Of a stretch of 64,000 nucleotides of DNA, positions 9,602 to 18,805 are shown piece after piece; the stretch's first letter is position 1, and the number at the start of each line of letters is the position of its first letter. The DNA lies in the NCBI GenBank assembly GCA_963666975.2, contig CAXVYR010000004.1, positions 1,664,001 to 1,728,000 on the forward strand, in the 5' to 3' direction. Position numbers and translations under genes: made by a program. Below the pieces are notes generated by a model, which was given only the letters and a program-made list of their open reading frames with translations, had not been told where the DNA came from and ran no database searches. This DNA comes from Terriglobia bacterium. Its GTDB lineage: Bacteria > Acidobacteriota > Terriglobia > 2-12-FULL-54-10.

Positions 9602-12600
9602 TCAGGCCTCCAACTGTTGCAGCACCGCTTGCACTTGCGGCAATAGTTCCTGCGAGTTTCCCCGGAAAGGAATCCGCAGCATCCCCGAAGGAGTAAACTG
9701 CACTTCCGGGTGTTTCGAGATAAATTTCGTCAGCCGTTCCGGATCGACCGGAGCGCTCGAATGAAACTGAATGTTCACCGCCTCGCTTTTCCGTTCGATG
9801 GACTGAATCAAAAACCGCTGCGCCATTGCCTTCAGACTGGCGTACTCCAGCAGGTTGAGGACCGGTGCGGGAGGAGCGCCGTAGCGGTCCTCCAGTTCCT
9901 GTTCGACGGCGGCCCGCTGCCCGGCGTTTTCAATCGCGCCGACGGTCTTGTACATCCGCAGGCGCTGGCTCTCCTCGGCGATGTAGCCGGGCGGGATGCG
10001 GATGTCGAGCCCCAGGTTGATGGTAGTGGCCACCTCGGGCCGCGTTACCTCGCCTCGCAATTGCTGCACCGCGCCCTCCAGCATCCGGCAGTACATCTCA
10101 AATCCGATGGCGTTCACCTGCCCGTGCTGTTCTCCCCCCAGCAGGTTCCCTGCGCCGCGCAACTCCATGTCCAGGGCGGCTACGCGGAACCCGGAGCCAA
10201 GCTCGCTGAACTCTTTCAGGGCGCTGAGGCGGCGACGGGCCAGCGGGGTCAGCTCCTCTTTGTTCGGAACCAGCAGGTAAGCGTAGGCACGGCGGTTGGA
10301 GCGCCCCACGCGGCCCCGCAACTGGTATAGCTCGGCGAGCCCGTGGCGGTCGGCGCGGTTGACGATGATGGTGTTCACCTGCGGGATGTCGAGGCCATTT
10401 TCAATGATCGTGGTGGCCACCAGCACATCCCATTCCTGCCGAATGAACCCCAGCATTACCTTCTCCAGTTGTTTCTCGCCCATCTGTCCGTGAGCCACCG
10501 CGACGCGTGCCTGGGGCACCAGCTTCTGAATCAAAGCGGCGATGCTGTAGATGGACTCTACGCGGTTGTGGACGAAGTAAACCTGGCCTCCGCGCTCCAG
10601 CTCTTGCTCAATGGCCGCGCGGATCAACTGCTCGCGGAAAGGGGCCACCACGGTCTGGATCGCCAGCCGGTCCTTGGGCGGCGTCTCGATCAGCGACATG
10701 TCGCGCAACCCCACCAGCGACATGTGCAGCGTGCGCGGGATCGGCGTGGCGGAGAGCGACAGCACGTCCACGGATTTCTTCATGGTCTTGAGCCGCTCCT
10801 TGTGGCGGACCCCGAAGCGCTGCTCCTCATCGACGATCACCAAGCCCAGGTCCTGGAAGATGACGTCTTTGGAAAGCAGGCGGTGTGTCCCCACCACCAC
10901 ATCCACCTTCCCTACGGCCAAATCCTCGAGGACCACTTTTTGCTGCGCGGCGCTGCGGAAGCGGCTGAGCATCTCCACGCGCAGCGGAAAGGCGGCCATG
11001 CGCTGGCGGAAGGTCTCATAGTGCTGGAAGACCAGAACCGTGGTGGGAGCCAGCACCGCCACCTGTTTGTTTTGGATGGCGGCTCGGAAGGCCGCCCGCA
11101 TGGCGATCTCCGTCTTGCCGTACCCCACGTCGCCGCACAGCAGCCGGTCCATCGGCTCCGGTTTCTCCATATCCCGATGGACGTCTTGAATGGCGCCCAG
11201 TTGATCCGGCGTTTCCTCATACTCGAACGCCTCGGCAAACTCCCGCTCCCAGTGGCTGTCGCCAGTGAAGGCGTGCCCGTCCGCCATTTTCCGCTCGGCG
11301 TAGAGCTTCAACAGCTCATCGGCCATCTTCTCCATGGACTTGCGAATGCGAGCTTTGGTCCGCGCCCAGGAGCCGCCTCCCAGTTTGTCCAGCGTGGGCC
11401 GCCCCCCTTCGAGGCCCCGGTATTTCTGGACCAAATCCAGCCGCGCCAGGGGCACGTAGAGCCGCGCCTCGCTCTGGTACTCCAGTTCCATGAACTCGCT
11501 GGTGACCCCGTCATGCTCGATCTCCCGCAACCGGCGGTAGCAGCCGATGCCGTGCTCCACATGCACCACGTAGTCGCCCGCCCGGAGGTCTCGGAAATCG
11601 GAAAGGAAGGTGGAGACCTTGGAGCGGGGCATGGCAGGCCGCGCCACCGCCTCGGAAGCGTCGTACAGGTCCTGATTGCCCAGAATCAGGAGCCGCCGTG
11701 GGGGGATCATGACGCCGTTCGGCGCAGTTCCTTTGCTGATCCAGCAGGTGGGAAGGGCGGAAGACAGTTGAGACTTCTCCTGCAAAAAGGCGTCGCTCTG
11801 CTTGGGACGCTCCGCGAGGTGGAAGGGGATTTTGTATTCGGCCAGCAGCTCGGACAACCGTTCCGATTCTCCCTGGCTGGCCGTCAGGAACAGCACGCGG
11901 TACTGTTGCTGCAACAGCTTTTCCAACTCCGAAAGACAGAGCGGCACGTTGCCGTGGAATCGCGGAGCCGGGCGCGTGGCGAACGAGAAGCGAGAAGAGT
12001 GCGAAGAAGCCGCCTCGGGCGGCGCGGCCATGTCCAGTTCCTCCGCGTTCACCACCGGACGGCGAGCCCACCCGGCGGCCATGGCATCCCATCGAAAAAA
12101 GAGCTGTTCCGGAGCCGCTGCCACGCGGCCTTCCGACTGCGCCTCGGCGTACTCCGCCTCCAGCAGCATCCAGAGGTGATCCATCTCTTTGCGCAGCTCC
12201 TGCGGCTCGTCTAAAAAGACGACCGCATCGTCATTATTCACCAGGTCCAGGATAGCCCCCGGCAACGGATTGAGAAGAGGGACCAGAAACTCCCAGCCGG
12301 GAAACATCTCACCGGGAATAAATACGGAGGATTGGGAAACCTCCGGATGAGAGGAGAACTTTTCGAGCAGTTCCTTGCGGAGTGGAAATTCGGTCAGAGG
12401 AAGCACGGCAGCCCTCTCCACCGGCTCCACGGAGCGCTGCGTTTCGATGTCAAATTCCCGGATGGAGTAGACCTCATCGCCGAACAACTCCAGGCGCACG
12501 GGGCGGCGCGTCTCGGGAGAAAACAGATCGAGGATACCTCCACGGAGCGAGTACTGGCCGGTCATCTCGACCGGATCGTGCGGCGCGTAGCCGGCCATCT

Positions 12601-13114
12601 CCAGGTGTTCGAGCAGGTCTTGGAGGTCGATCTCCTCGCCTCTGCGAATCTGCAGCGCCAGCCCTTGGTAGAATGCACGCGACTCCATGCGGCTGGCGAG
12701 AGCCGCCGCCGGGAGAACCGCCAGAGACGCCTGCCGCGCCGCAAGCTTCCACAACCCCAGCGCTCTTTTCTCGCTGATGTCGGCGTGCGGAGAAAGCCCC
12801 TGATAAGGGCGGATATCATGGGCGGGAACAAAAACGGGCGGCGACTCCCCCAGCAGCCTCGCCCAGGTTTCCATCAAATCCAGAGCCTGCTCGGCCTCGC
12901 GGTTGGTGCGGGTGACATAGACCAGCGGTTTCCGCAGGGCGCGGCGGAGCAGCACGGCACAGAGCGTCTTGGCAGGAACGGTCAGGCCGGAGGCGTGGAG
13001 GTTGACTCCCTGCTTCCCGGCAGAGGCGCGCTCCAGCTCGCGGAGAATGGCTCGAAACTCCGGGCCTTCTGCGACCTCGTGTAAAAGCTCCGCTACGGGA
13101 TGCTCGATCATCAT
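9602..13114 (-). CDS. mfd: transcription-repair coupling factor
   Basis: UvrB-like N-terminus, CarD/RID (GDYVVHVEHGIG), GDVGYGKT, DEEQRFG, QLRGRVGR, TRCF C-terminus. Confidence 0.97.
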   Translation of the reverse strand: MMIEHPVAELLHEVAEGPEFRAILRELERASAGKQGVNLHASGLTVPAKTLCAVLLRRALRKPLVYVTRTNREAEQALDLMETWARLLGESPPVFVPAHDIRPYQGLSPHADISEKRALGLWKLAARQASLAVLPAAALASRMESRAFYQGLALQIRRGEEIDLQDLLEHLEMAGYAPHDPVEMTGQYSLRGGILDLFSPETRRPVRLELFGDEVYSIREFDIETQRSVEPVERAAVLPLTEFPLRKELLEKFSSHPEVSQSSVFIPGEMFPGWEFLVPLLNPLPGAILDLVNNDDAVVFLDEPQELRKEMDHLWMLLEAEYAEAQSEGRVAAAPEQLFFRWDAMAAGWARRPVVNAEELDMAAPPEAASSHSSRFSFATRPAPRFHGNVPLCLSELEKLLQQQYRVLFLTASQGESERLSELLAEYKIPFHLAERPKQSDAFLQEKSQLSSALPTCWISKGTAPNGVMIPPRRLLILGNQDLYDASEAVARPAMPRSKVSTFLSDFRDLRAGDYVVHVEHGIGCYRRLREIEHDGVTSEFMELEYQSEARLYVPLARLDLVQKYRGLEGGRPTLDKLGGGSWARTKARIRKSMEKMADELLKLYAERKMADGHAFTGDSHWEREFAEAFEYEETPDQLGAIQDVHRDMEKPEPMDRLLCGDVGYGKTEIAMRAAFRAAIQNKQVAVLAPTTVLVFQHYETFRQRMAAFPLRVEMLSRFRSAAQQKVVLEDLAVGKVDVVVGTHRLLSKDVIFQDLGLVIVDEEQRFGVRHKERLKTMKKSVDVLSLSATPIPRTLHMSLVGLRDMSLIETPPKDRLAIQTVVAPFREQLIRAAIEQELERGGQVYFVHNRVESIYSIAALIQKLVPQARVAVAHGQMGEKQLEKVMLGFIRQEWDVLVATTIIENGLDIPQVNTIIVNRADRHGLAELYQLRGRVGRSNRRAYAYLLVPNKEELTPLARRRLSALKEFSELGSGFRVAALDMELRGAGNLLGGEQHGQVNAIGFEMYCRMLEGAVQQLRGEVTRPEVATTINLGLDIRIPPGYIAEESQRLRMYKTVGAIENAGQRAAVEQELEDRYGAPPAPVLNLLEYASLKAMAQRFLIQSIERKSEAVNIQFHSSAPVDPERLTKFISKHPEVQFTPSGMLRIPFRGNSQELLPQVQAVLQQLEA

Positions 13115-13199
13115 CGGTTCTTAGCCACTTTCTGTTGTCCGGTGCGCGCCAAGCTGATCTTTTATTGTAGCTGAACTGTTTGTAGTGGTCAGTTTCAAC

Positions 13200-13408
13200 G
13201 TCAGGGCACGGTTTTAACCGTGCCGATAACGAGGTGCCGAAGAGCGGCTTTAGCCGCTGAGGGGTTGCCGCCGGCAAATTTATCGCATCTGTAGGTTGGA
13301 AAACTTCGCTGAGAGCCTCAAGACGTGAAACTCTCGGCGAGAGCCCTCAGGGGCTAAAGCCCTTCAGAAAACGGCCATCTAACGGCACGGTTAAAACTGT
13401 GCCCTGAC
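13200..13408. repeat. REP/MITE-like nested palindromic element (family A)
   Basis: Terminal IR GTCAGGGCACGGTTTTAACCGTGCC...GGCACGGTTAAAACTGTGCCCTGAC with inner GCGGCTTTAGCCGCTGAG/CTCAGGGGCTAAAGCCC; related copies at 14282 and 23290. Confidence 0.8.
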
Positions 13409-13469
13409 AAATCGTGTGACGATGTGCCTAACGGAAACTGACCCACTACCGAACTGTTTGCTTGGCGGC

Positions 13470-13665
13470 ATTCCGAGCCGCGACAGTGATGGAGCGGTTC
13501 CAAAAATGACTCAATTGACTAGCGTTTGGTGTCCGCTTGCTTACGCGCGCGGCTCGGATTTATTTCTGAGCCATTTCCAGGGTTGCTGTAGCGCAGCCGC
13601 CAAAGTAGGGACAGGCCTCCAGGCCTGTCCTCTCAAGGGCAGGCAGGAATGGCTGCCCTACCTGA
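13470..13665. repeat. cluster of other REP-like palindromes
   Basis: CCGAGCCGCG...CGCGCGGCTCGG (CTTGCTTACGCGCGCGGCTCGGATT repeated near 16116-16141) and GGACAGGCCTCCAGGCCTGTCC. Confidence 0.55.
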
Positions 13666-13789
13666 GGGCTATACAGCAACGCCGAAAATGGTCTAGCCTC
13701 TGCGGGGCTGGTGATACAATCGCGGTCAGCAAGGCGGGAATCACACCATTTTCGCTGCCACGGCCATCCGGCAGGAGAGGGAGGCTCAA

Positions 13790-14233
13790 ATGCAGACTCG
13801 AACACGATTTCGGTTGATCGGAGTTTTATGCGTGATGCTTATGTTCGCGCAGGGATGCGCCCAAGGCACTCGATGGGATAGGTATATAGATGCCGGAACG
13901 GAGGCCTATCAGCAAGCCAACTATGCCGAGGCGGAGAAGCAGTGGACGGATGCGCTCCGGGAAGCAGAAAAATTCGGGCCGGAAGACCCCCGCTTGGCGA
14001 CCAGCCTCAACAACCTGGGGGAGCTGTACCGCCTCCAGGGCAAGTACGCCGAGGCCGAGCCGCTCTACCAGCGGTCGCTGGCGATTTGGGAGAAGGCCCT
14101 GGGTCCGGAGCATCCCGACGTGGCCATGGTTCTGGAGAACTACGCTGGGCTGCTCCGGGAAACGGGGCGAGAAGAGGAGGCGTCTAGCATGGAAGCCCGC
14201 GCCCAGGCGATCCGAGCCAAGCGCGCCCAATGA
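13790..14233 (+). CDS. tetratricopeptide-repeat (lipo)protein
   Basis: Signal with AQGC lipobox; ATSLNNLGELY..GKYAEAEPLYQRSLAI..LGPEHPDVA. Confidence 0.9.
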   Translation: MQTRTRFRLIGVLCVMLMFAQGCAQGTRWDRYIDAGTEAYQQANYAEAEKQWTDALREAEKFGPEDPRLATSLNNLGELYRLQGKYAEAEPLYQRSLAIWEKALGPEHPDVAMVLENYAGLLRETGREEEASSMEARAQAIRAKRAQ

Positions 14234-14385
14234 TTTCGTTTAGACCTGTTTCAGGGTTCGTGTATCCCATATTACGCTCTCGTCAGGGCACGGTTTTATG
14301 TGCCCCGTCAGGGCTTGTTGGACAGGTAGAGGGTAATAGTTAAGGTGATGTTTTTGGCTCATCGTAGAGACTGAAAGGAACGAAG

Positions 14386-14757
14386 ATGAGACAAAAACAA
14401 GACGACAGGGGGGCGGTCGAGAAGGCCGTCCGGGAGATCAAACGCAGGACGCGGCGCAGGTTCAGCCCGGAAGACAAAATCCGCATTGTATTGCAGGGAC
14501 TTCGCGGCGAGGACAGCATCGCGGAGCTGTGCCGCCGCGAGGGGCTGCACCAGAACCAGTATTACCGCTGGAGCAAGGAGTTTCTGGAGGCTGGCCGCAA
14601 GCGGCTGGCGGGCGACATAGACCGTGAGGCAACCAGTGGCGAAGTCAAGACTCTGCGGGAGCAGGCCGTACAGCTGAAAGAGGCCCTGGCCGAGGCTATG
14701 CTGGAAAATCGCCTGCTAAAAAAAAGCGTGATCGGGGATGGGGAGGAACATACATGA
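14386..14757 (+). CDS. transposase OrfA (HTH)
   Basis: FSPEDKIRIVL..SIAELCRREG; A8G slippery site at 14718-14726. Confidence 0.9.
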   Translation: MRQKQDDRGAVEKAVREIKRRTRRRFSPEDKIRIVLQGLRGEDSIAELCRREGLHQNQYYRWSKEFLEAGRKRLAGDIDREATSGEVKTLREQAVQLKEALAEAMLENRLLKKSVIGDGEEHT

Positions 14758-15737
14758 GATACCCTGCCTCGGAGAAGCTGGAGATCATCTGCACGGTGGA
14801 GCAATCTGCCCTGGGGGTGCGCCGGACGCTGCAGCAGGTTGGCATTCCCAGATCGACGTTTTACAACTGGTACGACCGCTATGTGTCGGAAGGCTTTGAT
14901 GGGCTGGAAGACAAAAAACCCGATCCTGGCCCTGTCTGGAACAAGGTGCCGGAGGAGATAACTCAGCAGTTGGTGACGTTAGCCCTGGCCGAGCCCGATC
15001 TGTCGTCACGCGAGCTGGCGGTGCGTTTTACCGAGGAAAGGCGGTATTACCTTTCTGAATCGACGGTTTACCGCGTCCTGAAAAGCCATGACCTGATTAC
15101 CGCGCCAGCCTTTATTGTCCTGAAAGCGGCGGAACGGTTCGCCAACCCGACCACGGCGGTCAACCAGCTCTGGCAGACCGACTTCACCTACCTGAAAGTC
15201 ATCGGTTGGGGCTGGTTCTACCTGTCCACGGTGCTGGACGACTTCTCGCGCTATATCATCGCCTGGCGGCTGTGCAAAACCATGAGCGCAAGTGACGTCT
15301 CGGCCACGTTGCGGGATGCTTTGCAAGCCACCGGCCTCGACCGCGTGGGCGCCCGGCACAGACCTCGCCTCCTGAGCGACAACGGGCCGTGCTACGTCTC
15401 TTCCGAACTGCAATCATGGCTGGCAGAAAACAGCGTGCCGCATACTCGCGGCAAGCCCTATCACCCCATGACGCAGGGCAAGATCGAACGCTGGCACCGA
15501 ACTCTGAAAGACCGCATCCTGCTCAACAACTATTACCTGCCAGAAGAGCTGGAGCGGCAGATCGATGCCTTCGTCAACCACTACAACACCAACCGATACC
15601 ATGAAAGCCTGAACAACCTGACACCGTATGACGTTTTTACAGGCCAAGGCAGTGCCATCCTGCAAAAACGGGATCGCATCAAAGAGAAAACTATGATCTT
15701 AAGAAAACGGTTGCACTTCAAAAGAAGGGCAGCCTAA
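14754..15737 (+). CDS. transposase OrfB (rve DDE integrase core)
   Basis: WQTDFTY, LSDNG, GKIERWHRTLK. Confidence 0.93.
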   Translation: MRYPASEKLEIICTVEQSALGVRRTLQQVGIPRSTFYNWYDRYVSEGFDGLEDKKPDPGPVWNKVPEEITQQLVTLALAEPDLSSRELAVRFTEERRYYLSESTVYRVLKSHDLITAPAFIVLKAAERFANPTTAVNQLWQTDFTYLKVIGWGWFYLSTVLDDFSRYIIAWRLCKTMSASDVSATLRDALQATGLDRVGARHRPRLLSDNGPCYVSSELQSWLAENSVPHTRGKPYHPMTQGKIERWHRTLKDRILLNNYYLPEELERQIDAFVNHYNTNRYHESLNNLTPYDVFTGQGSAILQKRDRIKEKTMILRKRLHFKRRAA

Positions 15738-16231
15738 CATCAACCCAGAGGAGCCTGAACGCCACCTTATCTTTTTATGCTCTGTGTCCAACATTATCTG
15801 ACGACGTACAGGTTTTAACCGTGAAACGAGATGCCGAAGAGCGGCTTTAGCCGCTGAGGTTGATTTCCCTCAGGGGCTAAAGCCCTTCTGGAAACGGCCA
15901 TCTAACGGCACGGTTAAAGACACCCCAGCTCGCTGTGATGGGCCAAAGCAAAGCCACATTTATGGTGCTGTTGGTATGGTTCTGCTGGTCCGGAATCGCA
16001 GCAAATTCCGGCTAATGTGGTTAGTGTTAGCCACGGCGAAGGTAGTATCTCGCCGTGGGCTTTTCCCGAATTTACAAACCCACGGCAAATTTAAACTGCA
16101 AATTTGCCGTGGCTACCTTGCTTACGCGCGCGGCTCGGATTAGCTCACCCACCTATCAACGAACCATCATAGGCCTCGTGCTACAATGGGCCGCCGCCAG
16201 ACGGTGCATTTCCTTTGCAGGTAAAATACGG

Positions 16232-17569
16232 ATGAGCCCTTCACGAAAACGATCCCGGTCCAATGAGCTTTATGAACGCGCCCGCAGCCTGATCCCCGGC
16301 GGCGTGAACTCGCCGGTGCGCGCCTTTCGCGCCGTGGGGGTCGATCCGCTATTCCTAGCCAGCGGCCGTGGCTCCCAAGTCACCGACGTGGACGGGAACC
16401 GTTACATTGACTACATCGGAGGCTGGGGGCCGCATATCCTGGGCCATTCCCATCCTGCCATCCAACGGGCAATCCGCGAGGCGCTCAAGCGCGGGACCAG
16501 CTTCGGCGCGGCGACCGAGGCTGAAATCGATCTGGCACGGCTCATCTGTGATGCCATTCCCTCCATTGAGAAGGTCCGGCTGGTCAATTCCGGAACCGAA
16601 GCGACGATGAGCGCCGTCCGCTTGGCGCGGGGATTCACGGGCAGATCGCTGCTGGTCAAGTTCATCGGGTGCTATCACGGCCATGTGGATTCTCTGCTGG
16701 TCAAGGCCGGTTCTGGCGTGACCACCTTCGCCCTGCCGGAGTCGGCCGGCGTGCCCGCCGAGTTCACCGGGCTGACCCTGGCCGTTCCGTTTAATAATCC
16801 CGATGCCCTCCGGGAAGTTTTCTCCGCCCACGGCGAAAAGATCGCCGCCGTGATTGTGGAGCCGGTGGCGGGCAATATGGGCTGCGTGCTGCCCGCCGAC
16901 GGTTTTTTGGAGACCCTGCGTGAGCTGACCTCGCAGGCCGGGGCCGTGCTGATCCTGGACGAGGTGATGACGGGCTTTCGGCTGGCCTACGGCGGTGTCC
17001 AGGGAAGCTATGGCATCCGCCCTGACCTGACCACGTTAGGAAAGATCATCGGGGGCGGACTGCCGGTCGGTGCTTACGGTGGCCGCGCCGAGATTATGGA
17101 TACGGTCGCACCGGAGGGGCCTGTCTATCAAGCCGGGACGCTTTCCGGCAATCCGCTGGCGGTGGCGGCCGGCATTGCGGCGCTGGAGGAGTTGCGCCGC
17201 CAGCCGGGTCTCTACGCCGAACTGGATAACCGCGCCGAAGCGCTGGGGGAAGGGCTGGCGGAGTCCGCTCGGCGGGCAGGAGTAGAGGTTTGCGTGAACA
17301 GGGCAGGGTCGATGGTTACGGTTTTCTTTACTCCGGGACCGGTCACCGAATTCGATTCAGCCTCCGCCGCTGACCGCGATGCCTTTGCCTGTTACTTCCA
17401 AACGATGCTCGAACGGGGCGTGCTGCTGCCGCCCTCGCAATTTGAAGCGGCGTTTGTCTCCGCCGCGCACACCGACCGCGATGTGGAGAGAACGCTGCGC
17501 GCCGCTAAGCAGGCTTTCAAAGCTGTTGCCCGCCGGCGCAAAGCCAAGCCCGGCAACCGGGCCGGTTAA
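16232..17569 (+). CDS. hemL: glutamate-1-semialdehyde 2,1-aminomutase
   Basis: PGGVNSPVRAF, NSGTEATMSA, DEVMTGFR, GKIIGGGLPVG. Confidence 0.96.
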   Translation: MSPSRKRSRSNELYERARSLIPGGVNSPVRAFRAVGVDPLFLASGRGSQVTDVDGNRYIDYIGGWGPHILGHSHPAIQRAIREALKRGTSFGAATEAEIDLARLICDAIPSIEKVRLVNSGTEATMSAVRLARGFTGRSLLVKFIGCYHGHVDSLLVKAGSGVTTFALPESAGVPAEFTGLTLAVPFNNPDALREVFSAHGEKIAAVIVEPVAGNMGCVLPADGFLETLRELTSQAGAVLILDEVMTGFRLAYGGVQGSYGIRPDLTTLGKIIGGGLPVGAYGGRAEIMDTVAPEGPVYQAGTLSGNPLAVAAGIAALEELRRQPGLYAELDNRAEALGEGLAESARRAGVEVCVNRAGSMVTVFFTPGPVTEFDSASAADRDAFACYFQTMLERGVLLPPSQFEAAFVSAAHTDRDVERTLRAAKQAFKAVARRRKAKPGNRAG

Positions 17570-17596
17570 AAACGACATTTCCATATACAGATGTAT

Positions 17597-17935
17597 TTAG
17601 TGCCGGATGGGTTTGGCCATTTCTTTCACCATCTCCAGCAGTTCCTGGCGCTGCTGAGGTGAAAGTTGAGGCAGGTAGGAGCGCAACTCATCGAGAGAGT
17701 CGGGCGGGCCATGGGCCTCGACCGTCGCGGGTGGCGCGCCTTCGGTTGGGAAAAAGTCCGCCAGGGTCACCTCCATGGCTGCGGCCAGGCGCTGGAGCGT
17801 GGCGAGCGAAGGGACGGTATGTCCGTTCTCCACCCGCGAGAGATAGGAGCGCAAAATTCCGGTGCGCTTCTGCATCTCTCCCTGGGAGAGCCCCTTGGTT
17901 TGCCGAATCTTCCGGATCGAATCGCCCAGATTCAT
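17597..17935 (-). CDS. XRE-family HTH transcriptional regulator
   Basis: IRKIRQTKGLSQGEM..YLSRVENGHTVPSLATL. Confidence 0.88.
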   Translation of the reverse strand: MNLGDSIRKIRQTKGLSQGEMQKRTGILRSYLSRVENGHTVPSLATLQRLAAAMEVTLADFFPTEGAPPATVEAHGPPDSLDELRSYLPQLSPQQRQELLEMVKEMAKPIRH

Positions 17936-18023
17936 TCCAAACTCCGTCGTCAGAATCAATGCGCGAAGTTCCGTTCTATTTCTTCCGGCGCCATTTTGCC
18001 GGATGCTCCGCGCCGAATCATCG

Positions 18024-18623
18024 TCACTCTCGCTTGAGCAGGGTCTCAATTTCTTTCTGCAATTTCTCGTACTCTTTTCTCATGGAGCGGCGCGACGATT
18101 TGCCGTCGTACATCCCGTCGGGCTGAATGTAGCGGATAATCCCCTGGCGGTCGATCAAAAACGTGGTCGCCGTCAGGTCGGCGTCCGGGCGGTTCAGCCA
18201 ATAGCGGCTCAGGGTTTCCCAGCGGGAATCCAGCCCCACCGGGAACTGGAATCCAAGAGCAGAAGCCAGCCGCTGGAGATGCTTCACGTCGGTTTCTGTC
18301 GGAAAAGGCGTCGGGGCATAGAGGCCGACCACCATCAGCCCTTGCTCCCGGTAGGTCCGGTGAAGCTCGTTCAGGCTGGATACGCCGGTGGGGTTGTCAT
18401 TGAAGAAACGGAGCAAGACCACATTGTCCCGCAGATCACCTACGTCCAGTGGCTTGGAATTGACCCATCCCAGAGCTTTCCACGCCGGAGCTACCTCATC
18501 GATCATCTGCCAGCTTCCCAGCGCCAGTTCTTTATTAGTGAATTGTGCCTGGAGCAGCGCCGCGCTCATGCCAAACAGGATCAGACGCAGCGCCCAGATA
18601 CCGACGATTGCACGCCATCTCAT
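18024..18623 (-). CDS. exported TlpA/redoxin-fold protein lacking CxxC
   Basis: APAW..WVNSKPL..LRDNVVLLRF, FPVGLD, TFLIDRQGIIRY; no Cys in the protein. Confidence 0.75.
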   Translation of the reverse strand: MRWRAIVGIWALRLILFGMSAALLQAQFTNKELALGSWQMIDEVAPAWKALGWVNSKPLDVGDLRDNVVLLRFFNDNPTGVSSLNELHRTYREQGLMVVGLYAPTPFPTETDVKHLQRLASALGFQFPVGLDSRWETLSRYWLNRPDADLTATTFLIDRQGIIRYIQPDGMYDGKSSRRSMRKEYEKLQKEIETLLKRE

Positions 18624-18805
18624 GGATTTGTTTCCTCCGCGCCTTTCCTGTTCTCTCACAGCAGAATCTCCGCTGAGCGCATTCAGCAAGTTTCCGCGAT
18701 TCTACCATAACTGACCGGGGTGGCTGGGAGTGTGTTATCTTGGACAAAGTTTTTTCCGGCAGGACTCGGCAGAAGCGGTCCGGTCCGGCAGCCCTGATTC
18801 CACGC

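Larger units (their letters stand above)
14299..15810 (+). mobile_element. complete IS3/IS481-type insertion sequence, 1512 bp
   Basis: TGT...ACA ends with imperfect IRs sharing CGTCAG and TGTTGGACA; 7-bp target duplication GGTTTTA (14292-14298, 15811-15817). Confidence 0.9.

Noticed and set aside
13200-16141. Possible CRISPR array
   Set aside because: Repeats are nested palindromes without regular unique spacers; no cas genes
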